Source of the DNA: an uncultured delta proteobacterium
GTDB lineage: Bacteria; Desulfobacterota; Zymogenia; Zymogenales; Zymogenaceae
NCBI GenBank assembly: GCA_963735595.1
Contig: CAVTLK010000001.1
Span: forward strand, 384,001-448,000
Reading direction: 5' to 3'
DNA length: 64,000 nt
The notes under the pieces were generated by a model, which searched no databases, was not told the origin of the DNA, and saw only the letters and a list, made by a program, of their open reading frames with translations. The translations under genes were made by a program, and so were the position numbers. This document shows positions 50,884 through 62,422 of the stretch, one piece after another. Every line of letters starts with the position of its first letter. Position 1 is the first letter of the stretch.

Positions 50884-51414
50884 CTAAAAGGCCTTTGACT
50901 CCGACACAAACTCCAGTATCTCGTCCTTCATCTCGGAGAAAAACTTTTCCTTGATCCGTTCCTTGGAAGGGAAGTACTTAGTCGTTTTCAGGACACCCTT
51001 CTTAGAGGTTATCTCGTCGAGCGTCCGGTTGTCGACAAAGGACGCGGTGTAGGACATGGAAGCTGCGTCCCTGACCAGCCCCAAGGTGCCGCGGGCCACC
51101 AGGCGCTCGTTTCTGCGTACCAGCACGAGATCATCGACCGTAACCGTAAGGAACATGTCGGCCCGGTCCGGGGAAGTTGCAATACTAAAGCCCATACCGT
51201 GCAGGCGAGATTGAAGGTCCTCGACAACGCTGATCTTTTCGTCGTTGGTGATCAACAGGATCGGATCATAGACCATGTCGATAAAAACGCTCTTGTATTT
51301 CTCCGGCGAAACCGGCGGCGGTACATAGGCCTGCGGGCCGGATTTGCAGCTCGGCAGGCTGACTGCAATTAAAAGAGCCGATATAACCGATATGAGAACA
51401 CTGATCTTCTTCAT
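50884..51414 (-). CDS. Putative lipoprotein
   Basis: MKK, hydrophobic stretch, LPSC lipobox-like. Confidence 0.7.
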   Translation of the reverse strand: MKKISVLISVISALLIAVSLPSCKSGPQAYVPPPVSPEKYKSVFIDMVYDPILLITNDEKISVVEDLQSRLHGMGFSIATSPDRADMFLTVTVDDLVLVRRNERLVARGTLGLVRDAASMSYTASFVDNRTLDEITSKKGVLKTTKYFPSKERIKEKFFSEMKDEILEFVSESKAF

Positions 51415-51507
51415 TACCCCCCCGTAACGGATGATTCCCTGCGTAAAATGTTCAAAAGATGGTGCGATTACCCGTATACCCGTAGCGGAAAAACCGCTCT
51501 CCTCGCC

Positions 51508-52560
51508 TCACTGGATCGGTCTGGTGTAGAGAGTCAGATAGCTGAACGCGTAGGTTCCGTCAGGAAGCCGATCCACGCAAAAGTCGACCCTGTTTACCTG
51601 GATCTCATAGTAATTGAGATTCCAGGGCTCGGTCACGATACAATACCCAACGATATTCCCGACCTCGTCAATCCTCGTGGATACCTCCTTGATTTTCCAT
51701 GATGTATCCCATGAACCGGTCAACCATACCTGACGGCCGAGCTCCTGCGCGCCGAGCCGTATCACCCAGTCGGTGTGAGCTACCCAGACCTCAAAAATCC
51801 CGGGAACGGCAAGCTTCGACACGAGGGACAAATCCCTCTTCTCAAGTGCGGCCTTGATCTTCTTCATCGGCTCACCCGGCGCACTGAAGAGGGGGGCCAA
51901 AGAATAGGAGTCTATAAATACCATATACGGGTCGAGAAGCTCTGTAGCCGTAGCGAAATTTTCTTCCAGCTCCACGCCCGGATATGTCTTCATGAAATAA
52001 GCGTACGCCGCCCGCGCCTCGTCGAATCGGTGGAGGTATACTAACGCCTCGATCCGATCTGAAAACGTGCCGAGCAAGGCGCCCGAGAGCCGTGCACTCC
52101 CGGTGATTGAAGCCCGGGAAAAATTTCGTTCGATCTGATCTATAATGAGCCGGCACTGCCCCTCTGTTTCCGTTAGTTTTCCAGACCCGCGTAATTGATA
52201 AAGCCTGTTTATTTCCTCGGAGAGCGAGGGCACGTCCCGGTAGGATGTTTCCGCGTCCGGGTCTTTGGTATTAAGCGCCGTATCGAAGACCCATCCCTCG
52301 ACTCCCCGATATCTGGCCAAACACCAGTGCCCCGAACTACCCCCCATCGTATCGGTTTCTTTCAAACAGAGGATAATAAGTACCGCCTCTCCCGCGCCCG
52401 GAGAGACGATCGTTTCCGAATTGACGTCGGGCCGTTCCCTGAGGTCCGTCTCTTCTCCCACGAGAAAGGCCTTAGGGTTTTCGGCGCCAAGAAGTGAAAG
52501 AGGAGAAAATAGACATCCTATCCAGACAAATAGAAGGAATGTGAGCACACGATATTGCAT
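51508..52560 (-). CDS. Secreted protein with N-terminal SH3b-like domain
   Basis: Signal peptide; LRERPD..W..EGWVF. Confidence 0.65.
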   Translation of the reverse strand: MQYRVLTFLLFVWIGCLFSPLSLLGAENPKAFLVGEETDLRERPDVNSETIVSPGAGEAVLIILCLKETDTMGGSSGHWCLARYRGVEGWVFDTALNTKDPDAETSYRDVPSLSEEINRLYQLRGSGKLTETEGQCRLIIDQIERNFSRASITGSARLSGALLGTFSDRIEALVYLHRFDEARAAYAYFMKTYPGVELEENFATATELLDPYMVFIDSYSLAPLFSAPGEPMKKIKAALEKRDLSLVSKLAVPGIFEVWVAHTDWVIRLGAQELGRQVWLTGSWDTSWKIKEVSTRIDEVGNIVGYCIVTEPWNLNYYEIQVNRVDFCVDRLPDGTYAFSYLTLYTRPIQ

Positions 52561-52562
52561 GA

Positions 52563-53957
52563 TTATCCCTTTCCTGATGCCCCCCTGCTTTCCTCCAGGA
52601 CCTCCATAATCTTCTTTTCCGGATAGAATAAATAGACGATGATTCCCAGGATGCAGACAAAGGCGGTAAGGAATGCCGAGAGTCGTATACCCCCGGGGTC
52701 GGCAACGTCCTTTCCGAAGGCGGCAAACAGGTAGGCAAGCACCAGCGTCGCCACACCGAGGTTGACCTTCTGAACAAGGCCCTGCGCGCCGAAGTACATG
52801 GCGTCCCGATTTATACCGGTCTTGACGGCATCATATTCGGCAAGATCCGCAATCATTGCGTTAGGGACGGCGAGGAGCGCAGAGACCGGTATCCCCATTA
52901 CACCGAAGATGATGAAGGCCTGATTAACGGGAGACAGGATCAGTGCATCGCTGCCTAAAAAGTAGATGAGTACGGCGCATACGGCAAAAACCGCAAGGCT
53001 CAAGATCATGATCATCTTCTTGCCGATAACCCGGCTGGCTATATTTATTATCGGGAAAAATATGAGGGCCACGCCGAATACGAAGGCAAAGACAACGCTC
53101 GCGAACGTTTCGGGTTTCCCGAGGAGGACCGTGACATAGTAGGTCGCCGATTCCGATACAACATTGAGGCCGAACCAGAGGCAGATCGTGCCGACGAGAT
53201 ACGGGATAAAGGGGCGGTTCTTGAACGTAAGCTTGAGCGAGTCCCACATTCCGATCTGCGCGGGACCGGTCGCGCTGTAGCGTTTCTCATCAAGGGGGAT
53301 GATGCACAGATAGCAGAAAACGAGGCCCAGGGCACAAAGGATAACGATAGTATACTGGAGTGCCAGGGTCTTATCGATTCCCGCGCCTTCCAGAGCACCC
53401 CAGAGGGCGTATCCCCCGATCATGACGATAACCACGCCGACCAGCGAGAACGCCGCCTGCATCGTGGTAATGTTTATCCGCTCCTTGTTGGTATGTGATA
53501 GCTCCGGTATCAGCGCGAGCCACGGCGTAACATAGAAGGTAAAGAAAAAGAGGAGGCACCCCAGCATCAGCGCCATATAGACGGCGTTTCCCATCGTCGC
53601 GTGATCAGAAGGCGGGAAAAAGAGGAGCGCCGTCGCCACCATAAGGGGGAGCCCGCCGTATACGAGAAAGAACTTCCTCCTGCCGAGCTTCGACGTGCTG
53701 CTGTCGCTCCAGCTTGCCACCAGCGGGTTGGCGATCGCATCCACCACCCTGCCGAATATCGTGGCCAGACCCGCGACCGTCAATACCCAGAGAAACGTCT
53801 TGTTGCTGATGAGCTCGGTCATTCCCGATTCTTTGGGGGGAAGGTAAAAATAGAGCATAAAAGTAATCCATATCCGATCGGCGATGGTAAATCCGATATA
53901 GCCGCTCGAATACAGGATTTGCCCCCAGAGCGGGAAGCGTTTGACTTTTTTCTTCAT
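52563..53957 (-). CDS. MFS/GPH (MelB-like) transporter
   Basis: DAIANP..SD..LGRRK, PWLALIPEL, ADLAEYD..G.NRDAMYFG. Confidence 0.88.
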   Translation of the reverse strand: MKKKVKRFPLWGQILYSSGYIGFTIADRIWITFMLYFYLPPKESGMTELISNKTFLWVLTVAGLATIFGRVVDAIANPLVASWSDSSTSKLGRRKFFLVYGGLPLMVATALLFFPPSDHATMGNAVYMALMLGCLLFFFTFYVTPWLALIPELSHTNKERINITTMQAAFSLVGVVIVMIGGYALWGALEGAGIDKTLALQYTIVILCALGLVFCYLCIIPLDEKRYSATGPAQIGMWDSLKLTFKNRPFIPYLVGTICLWFGLNVVSESATYYVTVLLGKPETFASVVFAFVFGVALIFFPIINIASRVIGKKMIMILSLAVFAVCAVLIYFLGSDALILSPVNQAFIIFGVMGIPVSALLAVPNAMIADLAEYDAVKTGINRDAMYFGAQGLVQKVNLGVATLVLAYLFAAFGKDVADPGGIRLSAFLTAFVCILGIIVYLFYPEKKIMEVLEESRGASGKG

Positions 53958-54092
53958 ATATAATGCCGCTCAGTAGTTTGTATTAGGCTAAACCATCAGG
54001 CCTAATTTGTCAATATTTTTCATTCTCTTGACGTAACCACGATCGGTATGCTATTGTTCTTGGACAATTTACCGTCTATCGTTGAGGTTCTC

Positions 54093-55556
54093 ATGCCGCT
54101 CCTAATCCACAACTCGCTTTCCGGTAAGAGAGAGGAATTCGTTCCCGTGACACCCGGGACTGTCACGATGTATGTCTGCGGGATCACCGCCTACGACTAT
54201 TCACATATCGGCCACGCCCGGGCCTACGTGGCGTTTGACGTTATCTACCGATACCTGAAATACAAGGGGTATGCCGTCACTTACGTGCGCAACTTCACCG
54301 ATATCGACGATAAGATCATTAAGCGGGCCAACGAATCGGGACGCGATACGAAGACCCTTTCGGAACAGTTTATTCATGAATACCACGACGACATGGACGC
54401 CCTCGGAATACTTCGGCCGGATATCGAGCCCAGGGCCACCGGGACGATCCCAGCCATGATCGACCTCATCACCCGCCTCTTCGAGAAGGGCTATGCTTAT
54501 CGCGCGGGTGACGACGTAGCGTTTTCCGTCAAGAAGTTCGCCGGATACGGGAAGCTCTCCGGCAAGAGAATCGACGACCTGGAATCGGGAGCTCGGGTTG
54601 AAGTGGACGACAACAAGCAGGACCCGCTGGACTTTATCCTCTGGAAGGCCGCCAAACCGGGTGAACCCTCCTGGGAGAGCCCCTGGGGTAAGGGGCGCCC
54701 CGGCTGGCACATCGAGTGCTCGGCCATGAGCGGCAGTATCCTGGGCGACACTATTGATATCCACGGCGGGGGTAAGGACCTCATCTTCCCCCATCACGAA
54801 AACGAGATAGCCCAGTCGGAAGCCGCCACCGGCAAGCCCTTCGTCCGATACTTCTTGCATAACGGGTTCGTCAACATCGACTCGGAAAAGATGAGCAAAT
54901 CCACCGGCAAGTTTTCCACCGTTCGGGACATCAGGAAACAGTACCATCCCGAGGTAATCCGGCTCTTCCTCCTTTCGGTGCAGTACCGCAATCCCGTGGA
55001 CTTTTCCGAGAAAAACCTTCGCGACGCCGGCGAAGCCCTCGACCGGCTCTATACGACCAAGGCCCGCGTGTTCGAGACGGCCGCAGGAGCCCCGCCCGAC
55101 GGCCCCCAAAACGCGGACCTGAAGGAGATCGATGACGCGGCTTCGGCCTTCGTCGCGGGGTTCGCCGAGGCCATGGACGACGACTTCAACACGGCCCTCG
55201 TGCTGGGAAGGATCTTCGACCTTTCCCGCCTGTTCAACCGGGTGCTCGATCGGCAAAAGGATGCGCCGAAGGCGCAATGGGTATCGCTGTCCGGCGCATG
55301 GAAGACGATTTCCGACGCATTAGGCGTTCTGGGTATTCTGGGGCGCGACCCGTCCGTCTACTTTGAGGAGGTAAAGGGGCTCAGGCTTGCCGGCGCGTCG
55401 CTTACCGCCACCGATATCGAGCGGCTCATCGCCGAGCGCAACGCGGCCCGAAAGGCCAGAGACTTCAAACGGGCCGATGCCATCCGCGATGAGCTGACCG
55501 GAGGCGGCGTTATCCTCGAGGACGGCTCGGGCGGCACGACCTGGAAACTGAAATAA
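54093..55556 (+). CDS. cysS: Cysteine--tRNA ligase
   Basis: YVCGIT.YD..HIGH, GRPGWHIECSAM, HHENE, KMSKS, DDFNT. Confidence 0.97.
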   Translation: MPLLIHNSLSGKREEFVPVTPGTVTMYVCGITAYDYSHIGHARAYVAFDVIYRYLKYKGYAVTYVRNFTDIDDKIIKRANESGRDTKTLSEQFIHEYHDDMDALGILRPDIEPRATGTIPAMIDLITRLFEKGYAYRAGDDVAFSVKKFAGYGKLSGKRIDDLESGARVEVDDNKQDPLDFILWKAAKPGEPSWESPWGKGRPGWHIECSAMSGSILGDTIDIHGGGKDLIFPHHENEIAQSEAATGKPFVRYFLHNGFVNIDSEKMSKSTGKFSTVRDIRKQYHPEVIRLFLLSVQYRNPVDFSEKNLRDAGEALDRLYTTKARVFETAAGAPPDGPQNADLKEIDDAASAFVAGFAEAMDDDFNTALVLGRIFDLSRLFNRVLDRQKDAPKAQWVSLSGAWKTISDALGVLGILGRDPSVYFEEVKGLRLAGASLTATDIERLIAERNAARKARDFKRADAIRDELTGGGVILEDGSGGTTWKLK

Positions 55557-55589
55557 ACAGACAGACACCTATTTACTGGATAGAGCCAC

Positions 55590-56366
55590 ATGTCTTCACA
55601 CGTTGTCATCCACGAAAACCGCGGCCCCGTCTCATGGGTCATCTTCAACCGACCCGAAATCTATAACGCGTTCAACCTCGAGTTGGCCCGTGAGGCGTTT
55701 TCAGCCCTCTCACGCGCCATCGAAGACCCGGCCACCAGGGTCCTGGTCCTGGCGGGTGCCGGTAAGGCCTTCTCCGTGGGGGCCGACGTGCTGGAGGTGG
55801 GCGCCTCCGACGACCCGCCCCGGATCATCGGAGAGCTTGCCACCATCGCCCACCGCGCGATCGCCGAGGTCAGGCAGTCCCCCAAGCCGGTGGTCGCCGC
55901 GATAAACCGCCTCGCCGCCGGATACGGCCTCGCGCTGGCGCTCGCATCCGATGTCAGGATTGCCACCGAACGCCTGCGGCTCCGATATGCGTATTCATCC
56001 ATCGGACTGACCGGCGACGGCGGCATCAACTGGACACTGCCCCGCCTCGCGGGGACCGCCCGCGCACTGGAAGTGGCGCTCCTTGCCGAAGACATCCACG
56101 AACAGGAGGCGGCCCGACTCGGGATCGTCACGAAGTTCGTGCCGGAGGACCGTCTTGTCGAGGAGACCCAGGCGCTCGCCGAGCGGATAGCGGCGCTGCC
56201 CCCCAAAACGGCCTCCGCCATCAAACGGATGATCTACGGCTCGGCCGCAAGCGACCTCCTGGTACACCTGTCTGTCGAGCATGCGGCGCTGACGGACGCC
56301 GCCCGGACGCCGGAGTTCGCGGACCTCTTGAAGAGCCTCCTCGAGCAGTTTTCACCAAAGGGATAG
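55590..56366 (+). CDS. Enoyl-CoA hydratase/isomerase (PaaG-like)
   Basis: FNRPE..NA, AFSVGAD, AAGYG, IGLTGDGG. Confidence 0.88.
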   Translation: MSSHVVIHENRGPVSWVIFNRPEIYNAFNLELAREAFSALSRAIEDPATRVLVLAGAGKAFSVGADVLEVGASDDPPRIIGELATIAHRAIAEVRQSPKPVVAAINRLAAGYGLALALASDVRIATERLRLRYAYSSIGLTGDGGINWTLPRLAGTARALEVALLAEDIHEQEAARLGIVTKFVPEDRLVEETQALAERIAALPPKTASAIKRMIYGSAASDLLVHLSVEHAALTDAARTPEFADLLKSLLEQFSPKG

Positions 56367-56524
56367 GCGCGCGCATGTGATGTGATCGCGGCCGTCGCGG
56401 GGGGTATGACGAAGACCTCTGGAAATGCGGCATCCGAAGGTGACGGCCGGGAAACCGGACACACTAAGCAATACTAAACATCAACCCATAAGCTTACCGC
56501 TTTGAACGGTACCCGAACATAACC

Positions 56525-57313
56525 ATGGGAAGACCGGCTTTTCTCTATCACCTCATGATGCGCTTCTATAAGCCCTTTCAACGGCTTGAGCGCCTCCGGC
56601 TCTTCGGCGGTCCGTCGACCGATGAAACAAGCTCTTCCCATATCATTCCGGTCAACGAATCGATTGTGCCGGAAGGGGCGGTTATAGTTCCGATGAATAT
56701 CATAGCCGCCTTTGTCAGGCGGGCGGATTCGATTGCGATCCTGCGGGAATGCCTCTGCCGCCGCGGCGAAGGATGTTCCGCCTACCCGGCAGACCTGGGA
56801 TGTCTCCTCCTGGGCCCGGCCGCCCGGGATCTCCATGGGGGGTTGGGCCGGATAGTCGGCCCGGACGAAGCCATCCGGCACGCCGAACGGGCGATCCGTC
56901 TGGGACTTACTCCCCTGGTCGTGCACAACACGTTTGACGCGTCGCTGTGGGGGCTCGACTACCGGCGGATGATGAACATCTGTTTCTGCTGCGACTGCTG
57001 CTGCTCGGTCCGCCGGGCCGTCCGCCTCGGCATTGATACCGGGGCGTCTTCCGCGATGCACCGGCTGGACGGCCTTACCGTCACCATCGACGATCGATGC
57101 GACGGCTGCGGAGCATGTGTAACCGGCTGTTTCGCCGGGGCGATCCTAATCACGGGGGGACGTGCCGTTATCGACCAGGAACGGTGCAAGGGATGCGGCC
57201 GGTGCATGGCCGTCTGCCCGAAGGCTGCCATCACGATGCGCCTCGATCCCCGCCTCGACACCCCGGGGCGGCTCCTGGCCCATTACCGGAAGAGAAGCAG
57301 CGTCGGGATCTGA
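56525..57313 (+). CDS. 4Fe-4S dicluster-binding protein
   Basis: CLCR..C, ICFCCDCCC, CDGCGACVTGC, CKGCGRCMAVCP. Confidence 0.85.
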   Translation: MGRPAFLYHLMMRFYKPFQRLERLRLFGGPSTDETSSSHIIPVNESIVPEGAVIVPMNIIAAFVRRADSIAILRECLCRRGEGCSAYPADLGCLLLGPAARDLHGGLGRIVGPDEAIRHAERAIRLGLTPLVVHNTFDASLWGLDYRRMMNICFCCDCCCSVRRAVRLGIDTGASSAMHRLDGLTVTIDDRCDGCGACVTGCFAGAILITGGRAVIDQERCKGCGRCMAVCPKAAITMRLDPRLDTPGRLLAHYRKRSSVGI

Positions 57314-57349
57314 ACCGCAATCTACGAAAAACAGGGAGAAGCCCGCATA

Positions 57350-59356
57350 ATGCCGCTGACACGCACGTCACCGTTCGATATGCTTACCGATTTCGTCCCC
57401 AGGGGGGACCAGCCCCGCGCCATCGGCGAGCTGACCGAGGGAGTTATCCGCGGCGACAAACACCAGGCGCTGATGGGCGTCACCGGCTCCGGCAAGACCT
57501 TCACCATGGCCAACGTCATAAAGAATACGGGACTTCCGAGCCTTGTTATCGCCCCCAATAAGACACTGGCCGCCCAGCTCTACTCCGAGTTCAAAACCCT
57601 CTTCCCTCACAACGCCGTGGAGTATTTCGTCAGCTACTACGACTATTACCAGCCCGAGGCCTACATCCCCCGGACCGACACGTTTATCGAGAAGGACACG
57701 GCCATCAACGAAGAGATCGACAAGATGCGCCACTCGGCCACCCATTCGCTCCTCTCACGGGACGACGTCATCATCATCGCCTCGGTCTCCTGCATATACG
57801 GCCTCGGCTCGCCGGACGCCTACGGCGATATGGTGGTCCGGCTGGTCGTGGGTGAGACATTCTTTCGGGATGAGCTCTTGTTGTCGCTGGTCGAGAGCAA
57901 GTACGACCGTAACGATATCGATTTTTCCCGCGGGACTTTCCGCGTTCGGGGGGACACCGTCGAGATATTTCCCGTCTACGAGGACGACCGCGCCGTTCGA
58001 ATACAATACGACGGCGACACCGTGGAAAAGATCAGTTATATCGATCCATTGCGCGGCCGGGTCATCCAGACGCTTGACGAGGTAAGCCTCTTCCCCGGCA
58101 GCCACTACGTAACCCCCCGTGACCTGATGATCAGGGCCGTTGAGACGATCCAGGAGGAGCTCGCCCTTCGTATCGACTTCTTCCGGGAGAACAACAAGCT
58201 CATTGAGGCCCAGCGCATTCAGGAGCGCACCAATTTCGACCTCGAGATGATGCGTGAGATCGGTTACTGCCAGGGGATCGAGAACTATTCCCGGCACCTG
58301 ACCGGCAGAAAACCGGGACAGCCCCCGCCGACGCTCCTGGATTATTACCCAAAGGACTGGCTCATCTTCATCGACGAAAGCCATATCACGGTCCCCCAGA
58401 TCGGGGGGATGTTTCGCGGCGACCGGTCCCGCAAAGATACCCTCGTCCAGTACGGGTTCCGGCTCCCCTCAGCGCTCGACAACCGCCCGCTGACCTTTGA
58501 GGAGTTCGAGGGTATGGTGCACCAGGTGATCTACGTATCGGCAACCCCGGCAGACTACGAGCTTACAAAGGCGGGCGGCGTGGTGGTGGAACAGGTTATC
58601 CGGCCTACGGGACTCATGGACCCCAGGGTGGAGGTAAGACCGGCAACCCACCAGGTGGATGACCTCTATGACGAGATCAAGAAGCGCGTGGCGCTCGGTA
58701 ACCGCGTCCTCGTTACGACACTGACCAAGCGGATGGCCGAAGAGCTGACGACCTACTACGCCAATCTCGGCCTTCGAACCCGCTACCTTCACTCCGAGGT
58801 GGATACGCTGGAGCGCGTGGCGATTATTCGGGACTTACGGCTCGGCAAGTTCGACGTGCTTGTCGGCATCAACCTGCTGAGGGAGGGCCTGGATATTCCG
58901 GAGGTGTCGCTCGTGGCGATCCTGGACGCCGATAAGGAGGGGTTCCTGCGTTCCGGGCGTTCCCTCATCCAGACCAGCGGCCGGGCGGCCAGGAATATCG
59001 ACGGGACGGTCATCATGTACGCCGATATCGTCACCCGGTCGATGGACCAGGCCATCGCGGAGGCCAACCGCCGCCGCACGATTCAAAACGAGTTCAACAT
59101 AAAGAATAATATCACGCCCGAAACGATCAAAAAGGAGATCAGCGAGATCCTCAGCTCGGTCTACGAGCAGGATTACTACACCGTCAAAAAGGAAGAGACG
59201 GAGGAGATGAAGTTCAAGTCTCAGCATGAGGTCAAGCGCTACATAGAAAAGCTCAGAAAACAGATGCGCAAGGCCGCCCACGACCTGGACTTCGAGTTGG
59301 CGGCGGAGCTCAGGGACAAGATCCTTGAGGTCGAGAAGATGGAGATGATGTCCTGA
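57350..59356 (+). CDS. uvrB: Excinuclease ABC subunit B
   Basis: [52 protein letters not shown]. Confidence 0.98.
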   Translation: MPLTRTSPFDMLTDFVPRGDQPRAIGELTEGVIRGDKHQALMGVTGSGKTFTMANVIKNTGLPSLVIAPNKTLAAQLYSEFKTLFPHNAVEYFVSYYDYYQPEAYIPRTDTFIEKDTAINEEIDKMRHSATHSLLSRDDVIIIASVSCIYGLGSPDAYGDMVVRLVVGETFFRDELLLSLVESKYDRNDIDFSRGTFRVRGDTVEIFPVYEDDRAVRIQYDGDTVEKISYIDPLRGRVIQTLDEVSLFPGSHYVTPRDLMIRAVETIQEELALRIDFFRENNKLIEAQRIQERTNFDLEMMREIGYCQGIENYSRHLTGRKPGQPPPTLLDYYPKDWLIFIDESHITVPQIGGMFRGDRSRKDTLVQYGFRLPSALDNRPLTFEEFEGMVHQVIYVSATPADYELTKAGGVVVEQVIRPTGLMDPRVEVRPATHQVDDLYDEIKKRVALGNRVLVTTLTKRMAEELTTYYANLGLRTRYLHSEVDTLERVAIIRDLRLGKFDVLVGINLLREGLDIPEVSLVAILDADKEGFLRSGRSLIQTSGRAARNIDGTVIMYADIVTRSMDQAIAEANRRRTIQNEFNIKNNITPETIKKEISEILSSVYEQDYYTVKKEETEEMKFKSQHEVKRYIEKLRKQMRKAAHDLDFELAAELRDKILEVEKMEMMS

Positions 59357-59531
59357 CCGTCTCGAAAGCACGGGCGCCGTCGTCATGTTCCGTCCGTCGG
59401 AACTTGAGGATTTAATCTGCCTCTATTATCACGTCTCTCACTCCTCCGCGCAGCCGGTATCGCCTCCCGCGAATGAAAACGGCCCCTCAAGTCGGGGCCG
59501 TCGAGAATCAATCGGCGATTCACCCGATTTG

Positions 59532-60758
59532 CTACCCCGTCAGCGCCTCCGACGACGATATCCGTATAGAGCAGTTGCCTACCGGGTAGGTCGAGCATGT
59601 ATGGACGAATCCGTACTGCCTGTCGACCCGGCGGCGCGCGTCGGTCTCCGGTTCGATAAAGACCTCGCCGGAGATCAGCTCGGCCCGGCAGTTCCCGCAC
59701 TGGCCCGACCGGCAGCGGCTGTCCGTAACGATCCCGGCGCGCTCCAGCCCCACGAGTATCGGCTCCTCCGCCCGCGCCGTGATCGTCTTCTGGTCCCAGT
59801 CTCGTAAGACGGTTAGTTGATACTCCCTTCCCCGCGCCTTCTTCGGAAAAGCAGGGTGAGTCGCGATGAGTCGGTTTGGCCCGGAGACCTCCCAGCGGAT
59901 CCTCCGGCGCGGAATTCTGAGCCTTTCGGCCTCTGTGATAAAGAAGCTGTAGAGGGCCTGTGGACCGCAGACAAAAAATGACGTATCGCCAGTTTCAATG
60001 TTGTCGCCGATTTCCCGTGTGATCATTTTCGCGTCGATGAATCCCGTGGCGCACTTTTCCGTGCCGTCCGGCTCGCTCACCACGTAGCAGACCCTCAGGC
60101 GGCCGACGGCGGTTTTGGACAGTGACATGAGCTCCTGTTCGAAGAGGGCGTCGGCCATCGTCCTGACGCCATAGAGAATCGTAAGCGTCGCGTCCATTCC
60201 GCCGTGAGCAACCTCGCGCGCCATCGAGAGAAACGGCGTGATCCCCGAGCCCCCCGCAACGGCCACGATGTTGCGCGCGTCCCTCAACGGCTCGTGGTAA
60301 AACTCCCCGTGGGGGCCGGAGGCCGATAGACGCGTACCCTCCCTGAAGGTAGAGAAAACAAGGGGGGATACAAACCCGTCGGATAGCCGCTTGACGGTGA
60401 TCTCATAGAACCCGCCTCCCGCCCCGTTCGCTTCGAAGGGGGCCGACGAGATCGAATAGGGCCGGCTGACGCTCGCCCCGTCGAACGTCCCCTTTAATGA
60501 GAGGTACTGCCCCGCGCGAAACGGCGGCAGCTTCTCGGTCGCACCGGCGGCTTTCAGCCGATACGTCCGGGCGTCCGGCCCGTGCTCGGCGATCCGCGAG
60601 ACAACGAGGTCCAGGACCGGGGGGTGCAGGATCGAAACGGTGCGCCGTACCGGATCGGTGACATCGATAAAGGGGCGGGCCGCGGCCTTCCTGGCGGCGC
60701 GCTGAGCTAGCGCCCCTACCGTTCTGCCAACTCCCGCGACAAACCGAAAGAGATTCAT
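59532..60758 (-). CDS. FAD/NAD(P)H reductase with C-terminal 2Fe-2S ferredoxin (PaaE/Hcr-like)
   Basis: RPYSISS, GGSGITPF, FVCGP, CRSGQCGNC..C; start ATG 60758 overlaps the upstream stop. Confidence 0.88.
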   Translation of the reverse strand: MNLFRFVAGVGRTVGALAQRAARKAAARPFIDVTDPVRRTVSILHPPVLDLVVSRIAEHGPDARTYRLKAAGATEKLPPFRAGQYLSLKGTFDGASVSRPYSISSAPFEANGAGGGFYEITVKRLSDGFVSPLVFSTFREGTRLSASGPHGEFYHEPLRDARNIVAVAGGSGITPFLSMAREVAHGGMDATLTILYGVRTMADALFEQELMSLSKTAVGRLRVCYVVSEPDGTEKCATGFIDAKMITREIGDNIETGDTSFFVCGPQALYSFFITEAERLRIPRRRIRWEVSGPNRLIATHPAFPKKARGREYQLTVLRDWDQKTITARAEEPILVGLERAGIVTDSRCRSGQCGNCRAELISGEVFIEPETDARRRVDRQYGFVHTCSTYPVGNCSIRISSSEALTG

Positions 60759-62391
60759 TGTGCAACGCTCCTTCCTATGACCTCTCGTCCCGATTTCCGT
60801 TTCATCTTTCCCAGCACCGCCAGCGCCGCAAGCCTGCCGGTGCTGATCGCGGCCGAGTATCCCTGCACCAGCAATCCGTGTCCCCCCACGAACTCGAGCC
60901 CCTTGACATACCCCTCCAGCGGCAGGGACAGTGCCCGCGCGATCACCGAGTCCCACACGTCATGCTCGTAGCCGTAGACGACCCCCTTGTGGGAGCCGGT
61001 ATATCGGCAAAAGGTCTGCGGGGCGGCCGACCTCGATCTCCTCGATGTGGTCAAATAGATTCGTGCCCATCGTCCGCTCGACGTGCCCAACGGCCGACCG
61101 GGCAAACCGCCGCTTCGTCTCGAAATAGTCGTCCGGCGATACCTGCCCCCAAACATCGGCGCCGTAGGATTGATTGAGTATCAGCTCGCATGTCCCCGGA
61201 GGTGACACACCCGGGACGACGTGATTGGGGCATAGCGCCGAAGTGGCAATGTGGGGCACCAGCGTATCCCCGATATCGTACGCCTTCCTCGTATCCATGT
61301 CGGGGCCCAGGTAGTATTCGTGATGATGGAGCCCCAGGTCGTTTGCCGGGCGGTCAAGCCCTATGTATACGACGAAGAGGCTGATGCCGTGTTTCCGGGC
61401 GGCGGTGAGCTTCTTTGCGCGCCCGGGGAACCGCGTCGGCGGGGCTGATGAGCCGCCCGTAGACAGTTGTGGGGGACGCGTTTGAAATCACCCAGTCTGC
61501 CCCGACCCGGCGCCCCCCGCTCGTCTCGACCCCTATGACCCGCCCCCGGTCGACCAGGATCTTTTCGACCCGCGTATTGTAGCGGGTTTTGCCCCCCAGC
61601 TCCCTGATCTTCTTGTCCAGCACCGTGGAAATTTGAAACGAGTTAATCGGCGGGTAGTAACATCCCCGGGTGAGCACCGAATTGATGGCCGTCGCCCAGA
61701 TTGTAAAGGACATCCGCTCAAACGGGATGCCGATATAGGGCCAGAATACGCCCAGTATGGATACTGCCTTCGGCGGCAGGTGAAACCGATCCGTCACCTC
61801 TTTTGCAGTATAGCCCGCCGTGGCCAACAGTGCCTTGTGGTTCTTGACAAGCACCAGAGGATCGGGCTTTCCGTCTGCTCCGGCGATGTAGTCGATCGCG
61901 CGTCCGATCTCGAGGCACAGGTCCATATACTCGCGCAGCGGCTTGAAGCTTCCCGGGACCTCTCCCGCCACCACGTCGATGAACCCGTCCATGTCAAACG
62001 GGACATCGACGTTGATCCCCTCGTCGGAGAGGATCAGGTGATACCCCTGGTCCACCCTGACCATGGGGATGTTCAGATCGAGTTCGTCCTCGAAGAGCTT
62101 GCGAACGAACCCCTTGTTTCCTGCCGGCCCATAATCGGTCAGGATGTGGAGAGACGCCTCGAACTCGAAGCGCCCCCGGCGGAACGACGTGGCAAATCCC
62201 CCGGGCATGCCATGCTGCTCCAGGAGCATTACCCCGACTCCCTCCCGGGCAAGCTTTGCCGCCGCCGACAACCCCCCCATTCCCGATCCGATGACGACGA
62301 CTTCCGTAACCTCGTCGAAGGATGAACGAGAGACTCCTTCGTGCTGCACCTGAGACGCTCCTTTTATACGATTTACGAAAACCCGCGACAT
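60755..62391 (-). CDS. Phytoene desaturase / retinol saturase-like FAD oxidoreductase; several frameshifts
   Basis: VVIGSGMGGL, EQH..PGGFATSFRRGRFEFEASLH, ISNAS, P.TFCRYTG..G.VYG, GLEFVGG. Confidence 0.8.
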
Positions 62392-62422
62392 GACTTCGCA
62401 GGAAAGCCGTGCCCGTGCGGCC

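Noticed and set aside
1879..59386. Long antisense or alternate-frame ORFs (for example 1879-2631, 10406-11287, 26882-27655, 30509-31462, 54201-55277)
   Set aside because: Shadow ORFs of well-supported genes in GC-rich DNA, with no motifs.
5095..62391. About a dozen frameshifted genes (dehydratase subunit, tandem SCP2, aminotransferase, oppF, both CoA-transferase subunits, radical SAM, HDAC, antiporter, caiB, kinase, phosphatase-like, crtI-like) read as pseudogenes or recoding
   Set aside because: The breaks are mid-domain small indels, often in short homopolymers, in genes that otherwise keep their motifs. This fits long-read or assembly error better than decay or programmed recoding.
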